Positions 1 through 13,400 of a stretch of 64,000 nucleotides of DNA are shown here, in pieces. A program made the position numbers and the translations under genes. Each line of letters begins with the position of its first letter. The stretch's first letter is position 1. Origin of the DNA: Eledone cirrhosa (lineage: Eukaryota). The stretch lies in the NCBI GenBank assembly GCA_964016885.1, contig OZ024742.1, forward strand, positions 189,100,001 to 189,164,000, read 5' to 3'. The notes below the pieces were generated by a model. The model was not told where the DNA came from. It saw only the letters and a list, made by a program, of their open reading frames with translations, and searched no databases.

Positions 1-3000
1 GGCAAATTCCTTTCATGTCCAGTTATATGAGGGTCTTATACTTCTCCGTGGCTCCTTCGTATACTCTGACTCTCTCTCTCTTTGGTTGTAGCCAGGGAAC
101 TGCATGCGGTTGATGAAGTGCTGGATGTGTATTTCCATTTCTGTTGGGTCGCACATGCGGGACACGTTCTTCATCACTCGTACCAAGTCTGCGATCAGAA
201 TATTAAACTTAGCACTACTGGACATTGCTGAGCTTTTGAGTATCAGGTATTTGGAGGCCATGGGTTTAGCATAGTGTGAGTGGAGTATTTGGGCTCTCTC
301 GTCTATAGTGTTAATCCAGAGTTCCGTGTCTAATACAGGTAGTCTATTGTTAGGGTGTTTGGAACGGTAGTCGATAGTTACAGTTATACTCTGGTGTATT
401 GAATTAGCTATCTGCTGGATGCTTTCCATTGTGCTACGTTCTAAATCCAACTTGTTAGTGCTCTCTAGTGGGGATGTTCTTATAACTATATTGATATCGT
501 CTACGTAACGAGAGTACATGATGAGGTCTATGGAGCTCTCATTAAGGAGATCTTTAAGTCTCCTTTCCGACCATACCATAAAAAGGTTGGCAACGTCACC
601 AGCTATGCTGACGCCAATGGCTGCTCCCTCATTTTGGTTGTAGATATTCTCGTTGAACTTGAATATGTTGGCCTTTAGGGTAGTTTTGATACTAGCCCCT
701 ATTGCATGTGCGACCATTTTTGTTACTTGATCATTGTTTTGGGGGGTCCGTATAGCTTTGGTCCACCCAATCCACCTTCCTATGGGAGTCTTTTTAGCCA
801 TTGAGGTTATAGTGGGGGGTCTACTTCTTATGGGTCTACTGGGGCAGAAACGTCTAAGGTCATGGCTGTCTAGGTAGTCAGTGTCGTAGGTAAGTCTAAG
901 TAGGAGACCCAGTTCGTCTGTGTCGACGTCGCAGAACTCCACCTCACTCTCATTGATCATCTCCACACATTTTTCCACAGCAAAATCAATGTTAATGCAT
1001 GGGTACAGTGATACCACATCCATGCTGCCTATTATGCAGTTGGATAGGTTCCTGTTTTTGTTGCACTCACTGATTCTGCTGAGGAGGTCCTCTGTACTGT
1101 CACATACATCTGGGGACATCTTGATTATGGGGCGTATAACCATTGAGAAGTAGTAGGAGATCCTGTAGTTGCTAGCCATATTTGCTCCGCATACAGGTCT
1201 TGTTGGTGGTCCTGTTGTCGGGTCGTCGACTGTCTTGTGGTCTTTGCGGAGCCCATACAAGGGTGGTATGCCATTGTTAGACGCCTGAAAGTTGTTGGCA
1301 GTGAGTCTGCTTGGCTTTAGGATGTCGGTCCACATCATCATGTGAGCGTTGAGGATTTTCTCTCTCCCATCATGTATTTTCTGTGCAATTTCGCTCGTGT
1401 TGGTGATGTGGGGTTGCATAGCCTTGATGTAGTTCGGCATGTTATCTATTGACATCCTACCAGACTGATCCGTGCGTAGACATACTACCTCACCATCCCT
1501 TGTGCGCTGCTTGAGGCTAACCAAGCCTTCTACAGGTTTTCTCCCAAGTTGTTGGGCCGCTGGTCTGCTCTGTCTCTTAGTATACCTGTCTACTATTTGT
1601 CTAATCTTATTTCTAGCTATGGTGAACTGTGCCTCTGTCTCGTCATCTATTTGTTGTGGTATGCAAACTCTTTTATTAAAGGGTAACCTCGTAGGATAGA
1701 TATTACCCATCTTATATGTTTGGTCAGCTGGGTTGAAGAATAGTTTCTCTAAAGGGTTGTCATTATATCTATCGTCATAGTTGTGTGTGTTGCTATTATT
1801 GTTATTATGGTGGTTGTTGTTGTTCCTATCATTAGCATTATTATTATTGTTATGATTGCTAGATGTATTGCTGCTGTGATTGTTAGATATATTGTTGTTA
1901 TGATTCCTAGATATATTGTTGCTGTGATTGTTGTTTTCTTCACCGTTATTGTTGTTGTTACTGTTATTTCTACCATTGTGGTTGTTACTTTTATTATGTT
2001 TCTTGTTTTTGTTGTGTCTATCATTAATGTTGCTACATGTATTATTTCTAGTATTACCCTGTGGTTGTTGTTGTTGTTATTCGTATTGTTACTGTTATTA
2101 CTACTGTGGTCGCTGCTGCTGTGTCTGTAGTTAATGTTTCTATTATTATTATTATTGTGGTTGTTGTTGTTGTTCTGTCTATCGTTAGTATTATTACCAT
2201 TATTACTATTTCTCACTCTCCTGCTATTGTTATTGTTATGACTATTACTATTATAGCTGTTATTTCTATACTCAGAGTTATTGTTTATATTACTACTACC
2301 GTTATTATTGTTGTTGTTGTCCGTATAGTTGTTGTTGTTGTTTTCTTTTGCATTCCAACGTATTTTTGTGAAACACTTTTCCAGCTCTGTTTTGCACTCA
2401 ATAGGGTTAATCTTTTTGTAGATGGCAAATTTTGGTGGTAGCTGCAGGATTTGTTCACTGATTAAAGTGTTCCCATAAATATTTACTGTGTGGTCATTGG
2501 TAAATTCTTCCGGTAGTTTTACATCAGTCATACGGATATTGTTGATGTTATCTGGGTATTTTTGAGAACATTCTATTTTCCTTTCTTCTAGTTTTTTTCT
2601 TATTCATCCATTCTAATTTCTTATTGAAATGCCTATTACATTCGTTTCGGGCGTATTTCGTTTCACGTCGGATGACGCTCATGAAGTCATCCCTTTCGTA
2701 TGGTGTGGTGAGATTTTGGACTTCCTTACCATTAATGCGTTTCGGTCTGTAGAATTCGTTGACTTTTGTGTATGTTGTTCTTTTCATATTAACTGTTATT
2801 GTGTGTTTTAGTCGTTCAGCATGTGTTTTGTTCAATAATAAATGATTTAACTGTTTTGATATGTTTGTTGTGTATATTTTGGAGGAAACACAGTGTTTTA
2901 AGAAGCGGATTTGTTCTGTTGTTATTGTAGTTTTTATAAAACAGAAAACAGTGTCTTTCAATAACCTTTCAGCTTGGCACAAGCTAATGCCATAACGGCG

Positions 3001-3596
3001 ATGAATTAGTTTTGCGAGGTTTTTGATATGAAATCGTGTGCCGAAACAAATATTGTTATACTTGGGGAGGGTCACATTTGTGTAATATTGCCAGAATTAA
3101 TAACAGAACACACTCACTGTTTGGTTCGTTTTCGCTTTTCGTTTCTGTGTCTTTTATATCGGTAATCTAATTTATTCGGTCCTCAATGTTGCCATTGACT
3201 GACCAACGGTCAAAAATAATACAGATACAATAAAGACACAAACACATATATATAGTTTATCAGAGTTATTTCGTTGCACACCTGCAAACCCGTCAGTGGT
3301 GCTATTGTTTCCTCCCGTTGCATTGTATTTTCTACGCCATCTTTATTTAGTCTGTTTATATATTTATTTATATGTTTATTTTATTTTGTCTTCTTTGCGC
3401 ATGCGTTTGCGTGTGTGTATAGTGTTTTGTTTGATGTGTGTTCGTGATTGTGTGACTGTGTATTGGTTAATGTATTCTATCTTTACTAGTGGTGTGTTTA
3501 TATGTGTTTGTTGTTATTGTGCTTGTTTATGTATTTATTTATTTATTTATCTATTTATTTATTTATACTTCTCTTGGGTCAGTGGTGTTTGTTTGG
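1..3596 (-). mobile_element. Penelope-like retroelement (PLE), 5' part: pLTR + N-terminal region + RT; runs off the window edge
   Basis: ORF 13..1710 has PLE RT motifs (YGLRKDHK, RPVCGA, SMDVVSLYP, GAAIGVSIAGDVANLFM, YSRYVDD, LPVLD, HYAKP). Upstream ORFs 1749..2531 and 2548..3075 are frameshifted N-terminal pieces with an Asn-rich insert. 2992..3596 is the reverse complement of 4914..5512 (pLTR). Confidence 0.9.
13..3075 (-). pseudogene. Frameshifted PLE ORF (N-terminal domain + reverse transcriptase)
   Basis: Three consecutive minus-strand ORFs broken by frameshifts/stops; RT catalytic YVDD present. Confidence 0.85.
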
Positions 3597-5508
3597 CAAT
3601 AGGGGCTAGTATCAAAACTACCCTAAAGGGCAACATATTCAAGTTCAACGATATCTACACTCAAAATGAGGGAGCAGCCATTGGCGTCACCATAGCTGGT
3701 GACGTTGCCAACCTTTTTATGGTATGGTGGGAAAGGAGACTTAAAGATCTCCTTAATGAGAGCTCCATAGACCTCATCATGTACTCTCGTTACGTAGACG
3801 ATATCAATATAGTTATAAGAACATCCCCCACAAGAGAGCACTAACAAGTTAGAATTAGACCGTAGCACAATGCAAAGCATCCAGCAGATAACTAATTCCA
3901 TACACCAGAGTATAACTGTAACTATCGACTACCGTTCCAAACACCCTAGCAATAGACTACCTGTATTAGACGCGGAACTCTGGATTAACACTATAGACGA
4001 GAGAGCCCAAATTCTCCACTCACACTATGCTAAACCCATGGCCTCCAAATACCTGATACTCAAAAACTCAGCAATGTCCAGTAGTGCTAAGTTTAATATT
4101 CTGATCGCAGACTTGGTACGAGTGATAAAGAACGTGTGCCGCATGTGCGACCCAAAATAAATGGAAAGACACATCCAGCACTTCATCAACCGCATGCAGT
4201 TCTCTGGCTACAACCAAAGAGACAGAGTCAGAGTATACGAAGGAGCCACGGAGAAGTATAAGACCCTCTTAGAACTGGACATGAAAGGAATTTGCCCATT
4301 ATACAGGAACAAATCATGGAATAGAATAGATAGGGCTAGACATAAGATAGGGAAGGCCACCTCATGGTACGACAACCAGAGATACCAGAGTGTCATGTTT
4401 GTGAACGCTACCCCTGGAGGGAAATTAGCTAACCAGTGTAGAAAGGCCCTGAGAAAGACCCACTTAAAGATTAAGGTGTTAGAAAAGCCAGGAACCACCA
4501 TAAAATCCTGATCAGCAAAATCTACCCTTTTAAGAAAACCCACTGTACTAATAGGAAATGTATCATATGTAAAGTAAACCCCCGGATAAACTGTAAAACT
4601 AGAAACGTAGTCTATAGCATAAGATGTACAGAGGGTACTTGCAGAAACATCACAACAACATACATAGGCGAGACAGCTCGTAGCATAGGTGAAAGGATAG
4701 ACCAACACTGGGGGAACTAAAAGGACGAAAAAAAGGTTCAGTTCTATACGAACATGCCAGACAACAACACGACGGTAACATAGACAACATAGAAATTAGA
4801 ATAATATCTAAACATAGAAATGACCCAGGAGATATGTAAATCAGAGAGGCCAGTGAAATAGAAGTTAGAAGGCCAAGGCTAAACAGAAAGAATGAATGGA
4901 ATAACAACAACACCCAAACAAACAACACTGACCTAAGAGAAGTATAAATAAATAAATAGATAAATAAATAAATACATACACAAGCACAATAACAACAAAC
5001 ACATATAAACACACACTAGTAAAGATAGAATACATTACCCAATACACAGTCACCCAATCACGAACACACATCAAACAAAACACTATACACACACCCAAAC
5101 GCATGCGCAAAGAAGACAAAATAAAATAAACAAATAAATAAATATATAAACAGACTAAATAAAGATGGCACAGAAAATACAATGCAACGGGAGGAAACAA
5201 TAGCACCACTGACGATGTTGCAGATGTGCAACGAAAGAACTTTGATAAACTATATATATGTGTTTGTGTCTTTATTGTATCTGTATTATTTTTGACCGTT
5301 GGTCAGTCAATGGCACATTGTGGACCGAATAAATTAGATTACCGACATAAAAGACACAGAAGCGAAAAGCGAAAACCAACCAAACAGTGAGTGTGTTCTG
5401 TTATTAATTCTGGCAATATTACACAAATGTGACCCTCCCCAAGTATAACAATATTTGTTTCGGCACACGATTTCATGTCAAAAACCTCGCAAAACTAATT
5501 CATCGCCG

Positions 5509-5512
<4 letters not shown>
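3597..5512 (+). mobile_element. 5'-truncated copy of the same PLE: RT 3' half + GIY-YIG endonuclease + 3' pLTR
   Basis: Near-identical to the reverse complement of 1..705. Continues into GIY-YIG (CIIC..C, VVYSIRC, YIGETARSIGER, YEH, IREA, LNRKNE) with several stops. Ends in (TA)n at 5512. Confidence 0.9.
5203..5245 (+). ncRNA. Hammerhead-like core in PLE pLTR (incomplete)
   Basis: CTGACGA-t-gttgca-gatg-tgcaac-GAAA with a perfect stem II. I could not close stems I and III. The mirror copy near 3262..3302 (-) reads CTGACGG. Confidence 0.4.
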
Positions 5513-5566
<54 letters not shown>

Positions 5567-5863
5567 TGAAACAAAATGAAAACGAAATTTCATTTCTCAC
5601 TCTTAGTATGGCACTTACTTAAATGTAAGTATGCATGTATACGTACATACATATATGTATACAGACGTACAGTAGCATGCACATATATATATATATATAC
5701 ATATATACATACATATGCATACAGGTACACATACATATATGCACGTATCAGTTTAGCGGCGCTAACGTCGCTTTGTTCGTTTGTAAACAAACTGAACAGC
5801 CTGAATTTATGCCATACGGTGTTAAGGCAACCACGTCACCTTTTTGTTCAACACTGACACAGG

Positions 5864-5908
5864 AACGATGTACTAGTTTCAAGCTTGTTAGCTATCATCA
5901 GCACCGTT
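5864..5908 (-). ncRNA. Type I hammerhead ribozyme (array copy 1)
   Basis: Reverse complement: aacggtg-CTGATGA-tagct aaca agctt-GAAA-ctag-TA-catcgtt. Confidence 0.9.
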
Positions 5909-6333
5909 TACCCATCTGCCAGATAGTTGAACGTTCGAAAGTATATACTTTCCTTATGAAAATTAACGGCTGAGCAGCCTAATTTGCATATTGAGTGAGT
6001 TAAATCGGTCAGGCATACCGAAAACGATAAATTGAAACAAAATGAAAACGAAATTTCATTTCTCACTCTTAGTATGGCACTTACTTAAATGTAAGTATGC
6101 ATGTATACGTACATACATATATGTATACAGACATACAGTAGCATGCACATATATATATATATATATATACATATATACATACATATGCATACAGGTACAC
6201 ATACATATATGCACGTATCAGTTTAGCGGCGCTAACGTCGCTTTGTTCGTTTGTAAACAAACTGAACAGCCTGAATTTATGCCATACGGTGTTAAGGCAA
6301 CCACGTCACCTTTTTGTTCAACACTGACACAGG

Positions 6334-6378
6334 AACGATGTACTAGTTTCAAGCTTGTTAGCTATCATCAGCACCGTT
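6334..6378 (-). ncRNA. Type I hammerhead ribozyme (array copy 2)
   Basis: Identical to copy 1. Confidence 0.9.
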
Positions 6379-6799
6379 TACCCATCTGCCAGATAGTTGA
6401 ACGTTCGAAAGTATATACTTTCCTTATGAAAATTAACGGCTGAGCAGCCTAATTTGCATATTGAGTGAGTTAAATCGGTCAGGCATACCGAAAACGATAA
6501 ATTGAAACAAAATGAAAACGAAATTTCATTTCTCACTCTTAGTATGGCACTTACTTAAATGTAAGTATGCATGTATACGTACATACATATATGTATACAG
6601 ACGTACAGTAGCATGCACATATATATATATATATACATATATACATACATATGCATACAGGTACACATACATATATGCACGTATCAGTTTAGCGGCGCTA
6701 ACGTCGCTTTGTTCGTTTGTAAACAAACTGAACAGCCTGAATTTATGCCATACGGTGTTAAGGCAACCACGTCACCTTTTTGTTCAACACTGACACAGG

Positions 6800-6844
6800 A
6801 ACGATGTACTAGTTTCAAGCTTGTTAGCTATCATCAGCACCGTT
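6800..6844 (-). ncRNA. Type I hammerhead ribozyme (array copy 3)
   Basis: Identical to copy 1. Confidence 0.9.
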
Positions 6845-7372
6845 TACCCATCTGCCAGATAGTTGAACGTTCGAAAGTATATACTTTCCTTATGAAAATT
6901 AACGGCTGAGCAGCCTAATTTGCATATTGAGTGAGTTAAATCGGTCAGGCATACCGAAAACGATAAATTGAAACAAAATGAAAACGAAATTTCATTTCTG
7001 ACTCTTAGTATGGCACTTACTTAAATGTTTACAAACGAACAAAGCGACGTTAGCGCCGCTAAACTGATACGTGCATATATGTATGTGTACCTGTATGCAT
7101 ATGTATGTATATATGTATATATATATATATATGTGCATGCTACTGTACGTCTGTATACATATATGTATGTACGTATACATGCATACTTACATTTAAGTAA
7201 GTGCCATACTAAGAGTGAGAAATGAAATTTCGTTTTCATTTTGTTTCAATTTATCGTTTTCGGTATGCCTGACCGATTTAACTCACTCAATATGCAAATT
7301 AGGCTGCTCAGCCGTTAATTTTCATAAGGAAAGTATATACTTTCGAACGTTCAACTATCTGGCAGATGGGTA

Positions 7373-7417
7373 AACGGTGCTGATGATAGCTAACAAGCTT
7401 GAAACTAGTACATCGTT
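7373..7417 (+). ncRNA. Type I hammerhead ribozyme (inverted array copy)
   Basis: aacggtg/catcgtt stem I, CTGATGA, agct/agct stem II, GAAA, palindromic ACTAGT stem III, GUA cleavage triplet. Confidence 0.9.
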
Positions 7418-7655
7418 CCTGTGTCAGTGTTGAACAAAAAGGTGACGTGGTTGCCTTAACACCGTATGGCATAAATTCAGGCTGTTCAGTTTGTTTACAA
7501 ACGAACAAAGCGACGTTAGCGCCGCTAAACTGATACGTGCATATATGTATGTGTACCTGTATGCATATGTATGTATATATGTATATATATATATATATAT
7601 GTGCATGCTACTGTACGTCTGTATACATATATGTATGTACGTATACATGCATACT

Positions 7656-7702
<47 letters not shown>

Positions 7703-7705
<3 letters not shown>

Positions 7706-8388
7706 GAAGGATTTAAATGGATATAGTTCAGTTAAAAGGAATTTATTGACACGTGTTTCAGTAACAGTTACATAACCTGAAAACAGCTGCTATCTACAAA
7801 GTATTAATTATGCAGACATTCAATATTTCAATGTTATTATCAACTGTCATTTCATCAGAATAATTTTATTGAGAACCTGCTTGGTTTTTATTGAGAATAT
7901 TAAGAGGGGTTAGAAGAATAGTTAAGGGAGTGGATAGAGATTGTTTTGATAGCAGTGAGAATTTATGGTAGTAGTGAGTAATTACATTCCCATCTGTTGT
8001 TTTGACATTTTTATAGAATACATTATTTGGCGTTGGTTATTTTTCTAAATCTATTAAGGATTAGAGATAATAAAGATATGCATGGTTGGTTTTGTGTTTG
8101 CACTTAATTAACATACAGACTTAAATTTTTCTTTCAAGTGTACGTATCCGTTCGCCCACTCATTCACACACAAACATATATGCACACCTCTACAAAATAC
8201 ATACACTCACATACACGTACTTACATGCTCATACTTACATACATATATACCTGCACATATATATATATACATATATATGCAAATATATATGTACATACAT
8301 ACGCATTCATGTATATACATTTTCATACTCAGCTTATCTTCATATACACACGTATAGGCACACACATATATACATACATACTCCTGTC

Positions 8389-8477
<89 letters not shown>

Positions 8478-9740
8478 AACTTTAATACATGAATACACAT
8501 ACATCTAACTATACACATCAAACATATATATATTTACTTATTTATATACATTTTCACATATATATACATACATATGGTCGCTTTTAGACACATTCATTAT
8601 AGCATATTCTCACCTATTCTCATCAGCATATCCTCCATTATTAGTGTGGTAATTTAAGGTTATTAATATACATATATATGTTGAGAAGAGATTGTTTTTA
8701 TATTTTTCTAACTAGATTGAGGTTTATATAGTTGGGGGATGTCCCTCTTTTATGTAATATTCAGCTTGTAGTGGGAAAAAAGGGTTTTAGTTCGGTGACG
8801 GCAGAATAATGTTCGTTCAATTCTGTTATTCAGCAGTTTCTTCTTGTGTGTGATTAGGTAATAAATCTCAAGATTACACAATTTGCAGAAATTTTGGCTC
8901 CTGGAAAAGCTTTGGGTTTTAGCTAATTTCTCCCATTTTAGGGTAAACTTTTGATCGCTATCCCTGAGCGTCCAAGCTTTTTCTGCTAAAGTTGTTACAT
9001 TTCTTTGGCTCTGGTCTTTTATTGAGTAAGAATGCCTATATAATCGAGATTTAAACGATGTTGCCGTTGATCCCACGTAATACCACTCGTTGCCTCCGGA
9101 TTCAATGGTACACTTATAGATGATATTTTTTTCCAGGCAGTTATTGCCGAGGGGGCAATTGTCAGGATAGGTGCAGTTACAGTTGTGTACGTTGGTTTTG
9201 TAGTTAGGTTTACTCTGGAGTAGTATTGCGGACGAACTTAGGTATGGTTTATTTATGTTCTGTAGTGTATTGTCTACTGTTTTTTTTGTGTTCTTTGTAC
9301 TTAAGTTTTTAGTGTTTTCGTTTAACCTTCTAGTATTGATCTTTTTTATGTGTTGTTCGAGGTTTAACGCTGTAGAGTATGACAGTCTTATAGTGGTAGG
9401 GTTTAGGATTTTGTGGTATTTGTGTGATGTAGGAAAATGTCTCTTAACTATTTTAAAGAAGAGTACTGGTAAATTTGTACTAATGGAACTATTGTATTCA
9501 GGGTTATACCATAAGTACTCTTTGCATCGCTTTCTATTAGTTTTGTTTGTTGGTTTACTGGTGTGTATACTATGGTAGTAAGTGTGGTTTGGTGTTGTGT
9601 TATTATATCTACCTATGTGGGATTTATTTTGGGTGTTTTGATTGTTTTCATCTATATACTCTATTTTGTTGAGGTAGCCTGCTTTACTAAGGGCGTTATC
9701 GTAGTACTCGGCGTGTTCCTTAAATACTTGTATGTTAGAA
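7703..9740 (-). mobile_element. 5'-truncated Naiad-type PLE (linker + GIY-YIG + long 3' UTR)
   Basis: Minus strand reads WYNPEY..RLSYST..NCTYPDNCPFGNNCLEKNIIYKC..YVGSTATSFKSRLYRH..CKLCNLE..LLN..CRH (ORF 8750..9076 and upstream). HHR at the 3' end; (TA)n at the 3' end and about 60 bp beyond the 5' end. Confidence 0.85.
7743..7863 (-). ncRNA. Type I hammerhead ribozyme with enlarged stem-loop II
   Basis: ttatt-CTGATGA-aatgacagtt..(long loop)..aactgttact-GAAA-cacgtg-TC-aataa. Confidence 0.75.
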
Positions 9741-9795
9741 GATAGAAGCTGTCCATCTACTGCGTGTAATATTCATATTACAACACTACGGAAAA

Positions 9796-9857
<62 letters not shown>

Positions 9858-9860
<3 letters not shown>

Positions 9861-10007
9861 GATAGAAGTAGTTTAAAGTTAGTTAGACCATTACTCAACA
9901 GACTACTCGAAACTTGGGGTCGACGTGAGAGCTCTTGCTGTTTCAATAGCTAGGTCTGGAAATAGCTGTTGAAATTTAAAAGTGCTCAGCTGTCGGGTCC
10001 CGACTCT

Positions 10008-10010
<3 letters not shown>
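9858..10010. mobile_element. Short PLE-terminus-like fragment between (TA)n tracts
   Basis: Resembles the terminal sequences at 27835..27922 and 36233..36288 (..tagctgttgaaa../..ctcagctgtcgggtcc..), with a short internal inversion. Confidence 0.45.
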
Positions 10011-10083
<73 letters not shown>

Positions 10084-10215
10084 TGTGTAGGTGTGTGTGT
10101 GTGTGTATGTGTTTATGTGTGTGTGTGCAAAATGCACACAAATATAACGAAGCAGACGGCACAGTACAATGAAGAAATATATGATTAGTTTTTCAGTTGA
10201 TATAGTAGGCAAAGT

Positions 10216-10252
10216 GTCTTAACGTTTCGGAAGCTAGCTCTTCATCAGAAAA
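10216..10252 (-). ncRNA. Minimal hammerhead ribozyme in a PLE-terminus fragment
   Basis: tttt-CTGATGA-agagctagcttcc-GAAACGTT-aaga; weak stems. A degenerate relative lies at about 41850..41890 (-). Confidence 0.5.
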
Positions 10253-10362
10253 TAGAATGAGTAATCAAAGAAGAAATAAAAAGATAGAGGAGGAGAGTGG
10301 GCAATGGCAGAAATGAAAAAAATAATTAGAGACAAAACAGATCCATTCAAGGCGCCATCTCT

Positions 10363-10399
<37 letters not shown>

Positions 10400-10402
<3 letters not shown>

Positions 10403-13400
10403 CTTCAAATTATTAATAAATATAGACATTCATGTTATCAAATATATTTTATTATACATAGTTCAGAGGTACTGAGCTATTTCAACAGTACGTCCTCATC
10501 AGATAAAATAAGTTGATGCCTGACATACCTTGACTATGTTGATGGTTATAATTCGGTCATGGCATATTTATATACTTTAAGTTGAAACATGAAAAATTAC
10601 ATATAATACAGAGGGTGCGGATGAGAATGTGTATAAAGATATATAATAATAAATAACTAATAATATATATTACAAAACTTATATAACTGTTAAAAATTTA
10701 AATAATAGAAAGATATGCATACCTCATTATTGCAGATAGTGGAAGTGAGAGATCGAGAAAGCAAATCATGAGGAAAGAGAGAAAAAGAAAGAGATTTGAT
10801 CGTAGGAAGAAAAGAAGGGGAAAATGATCAAAGGATAGAGAGAAGAAATGAAAATAAGTTTAATAGTATAAACAAAGGGAGGAAGATATGCATTGTAACG
10901 TATAAATAGCGTATAATTAGATAGGGGAAAAGACCGTTTATTTTCACATCTTAAGTTAATTAGAAATAGTCAATTAATCAATTAATCAAATGACATAAGA
11001 TTTTAGCCTATAAAATTTGAAAGGATTCATATTATTGTATTATATCAGAGTTAAAGGAAATGTAACGTGAAAGAGATAAATTTATGTTTATCAAAACTCC
11101 AAAGGTATTCACAAGTATATTTAAAAGTATATTAAAATTAAGAATATAATCAATATATTAGTCAGAAAACATTAAAATTAGAATGTTATTAATAAACCAT
11201 AAAGCATTATAAATGTATTTAATAAGATATTGTTAAACCAGATTTATCTAGATATACTCATTTGTATAATTTATATATAGACTATAAGGTTTAAGGTTTA
11301 AGACGATATTAGTCACTTATATATAATATAATTACTGTTAAGAGTTATAAATTTGATTCAACAAGATTTTACTGTATTCAAAATTTTACATCAAGTTAAG
11401 TACAAAAAATTAATCAACTTGGATCTAAGGAGACTTTTATACTATAAATGTACAATCATATCCTCGTGAATCGTAAACAAACATTCAAAGTAAGTAAATG
11501 GTTTACAAGTCTGAATACATTAGAGGTATCAAATATATAAGATATAAGATTTAGAAAATACAAAAACTAAAATTAAATGTATTTAAACAATCAAAAGGTC
11601 ATACATACTCGACAAGAGATCAGGTTAACAATTTCTATGTTTAGGTAGAAACCCTTAGTCTAATATTAATAATGGCATAAGTAATAAAAGCATTACAAGA
11701 ATTTTTAATCTGAGACAATATCGTTTCACGCTCAGAATTATTAATAAACGTTAAAATCATTTCACATTTATTGAATGTTTTTTCCTGATTTTTTGTGAAG
11801 CTTGGAATGTAGATGCAGCTTTGTGCAAGCAATTTGAGAATACTTCACTTTTTTTGTTAATTAAGTTATTATAATTAGCAATTATTAATAAGGTCTCCAT
11901 ATGGCAAAGATTGCAGTTAGGTGATATTGAAGAATTTAAGTATACTTTACTATTACAAAGTTTGGACCAAAATATTGAGTATTTTAATTTTTTGTCTTTT
12001 AACGACCATATAAGTTGTGATAAAGAGGTAGAGAATTTCTTATCCGGATTCGAAAAAGAGTGTTTGTGATTAGAAAATCTTAATTTAAAGTTCGATGAAG
12101 TTGCAACTATATAGTTGTAGGTGATGTTATTTGCTTTAACGGTACATTTATAAACTAGGTTCTTATCCAGACAATTATTTTGCAGAGGACAATTCGATCT
12201 ATTTCTACAGTTACATTTCGATTTACTGTTATTACTATAATTTAAACTGTACACGTTATCATTGCTAATACTTGGAGGTGTTCTATTGTGAGTGCTTAAA
12301 TTAATGTTATTGTTATTCACAGTATCAATATTATTGCTAATGTTAATATTGCCATTATCCCTAATTGTTTGTTGGTTATGATTAAGAATTCTACTATTTA
12401 TTTGTGCAATGTTCTGAGCTATATCCATAGTTGTAGAATAAGATAGCTTAATTGTGTGTCTATTGAATATGGAATGGTACTTATGTGTACTGGGAAAGCA
12501 ATTATCTAATGCCTTAAAGAATAAATTTGCCAGGGGTGTTTTGATAGCTAAAGATGCAGGAGGCACATACCAAATAATTGATTTGGTTCTGATTTTTTTC
12601 CGAGATTTATTCACGACATTAGTATTTTCATTTATATTTAAATAATTTTTAAAGTCCGCTTTATTTATGTTATTCATATTTTTACCTAATTTATAATTCG
12701 AATTAGTATTATCTAGATATTCAATATTATTTTTATATCCTGCCTTATGTAACGGCTCGTTATAGTATCCAGCTTTTTCATCAAAAATGAATTTGTTAGC
12801 GGATAATCTAGTTAAGCGTTTTTGAACACTATTGACTATTGCATTTTTCACGGATTTAGGGTGATTTGAGTAATAGTTAACGTAATTTAGGTTATCATTG
12901 GGCTTATGGAAGGGGTAATATAGTCCTGAATTTAAATTAAGGGTGACATCAAGGAAGTTAACTACTTTAGTGCTACTTTTAATTTCTAATTCGAGGTCAT
13001 AATTTTTAAAGAGTTCTATTATTGTTTTCTTAACCCTATTTAGTTCTGTATTGCTATGTTTAACTACAGTAAATCAAATATCATCCCTATATAAACCACC
13101 GGTAATCTCCGGCAATTTTCTATTTACCATATTGAGGATAAAAATTCCCAGAAGATCGGTAATTTGTGCAGTCAGATGATCCCATGGTAATGTCAAAATT
13201 TCTATTCCTATCCGAGCGGGTCCAAAACTCATTATTAAAATTAATTAGGGTTCTTCTAACCGTTAATATGATATTAATCTCCTCGCTAGTTAGATATGTA
13301 TGTTTATAGGCGTAAGACAAAGCCTTATTCAAGAGGTTAGGTGTAGTAGATGAGTAGTAACTTGCTTTGTCCATTTGAATGAATTTGTGATTTTTCTTAT

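Larger units (their letters stand above)
5561..7660. mobile_element. Retrozyme-like tandem array of 466-470 bp non-coding units (about 3.1 units on -, about 1.4 units on +), flanked by (TA)n
   Basis: Equivalent positions at 5576, 6042, 6512, 6978; inversion point near 7026; one HHR per full unit; no credible ORF. Confidence 0.85.

Noticed and set aside
5576-7239. Repeated 93-133 aa ORFs in the 468 bp array
   Set aside because: Frames differ between units through TA slippage and cross a microsatellite; they are antisense to the ribozyme.
10455-10512. CTGATGA..GAAA motif (-) at the 3' end of the 10400 PLE
   Set aside because: Positioned like an HHR, but stems I and III do not pair convincingly; probably decayed, so not listed as a ribozyme.
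13070-13085. In-frame TGA after GLYRDDI as a possible selenocysteine codon (some Naiad PLEs are selenoproteins)
   Set aside because: Aligns to Leu in the 19261 copy rather than Cys, the copy has other lesions, and I could not identify a SECIS; the EN cysteines seen are ordinary codons.
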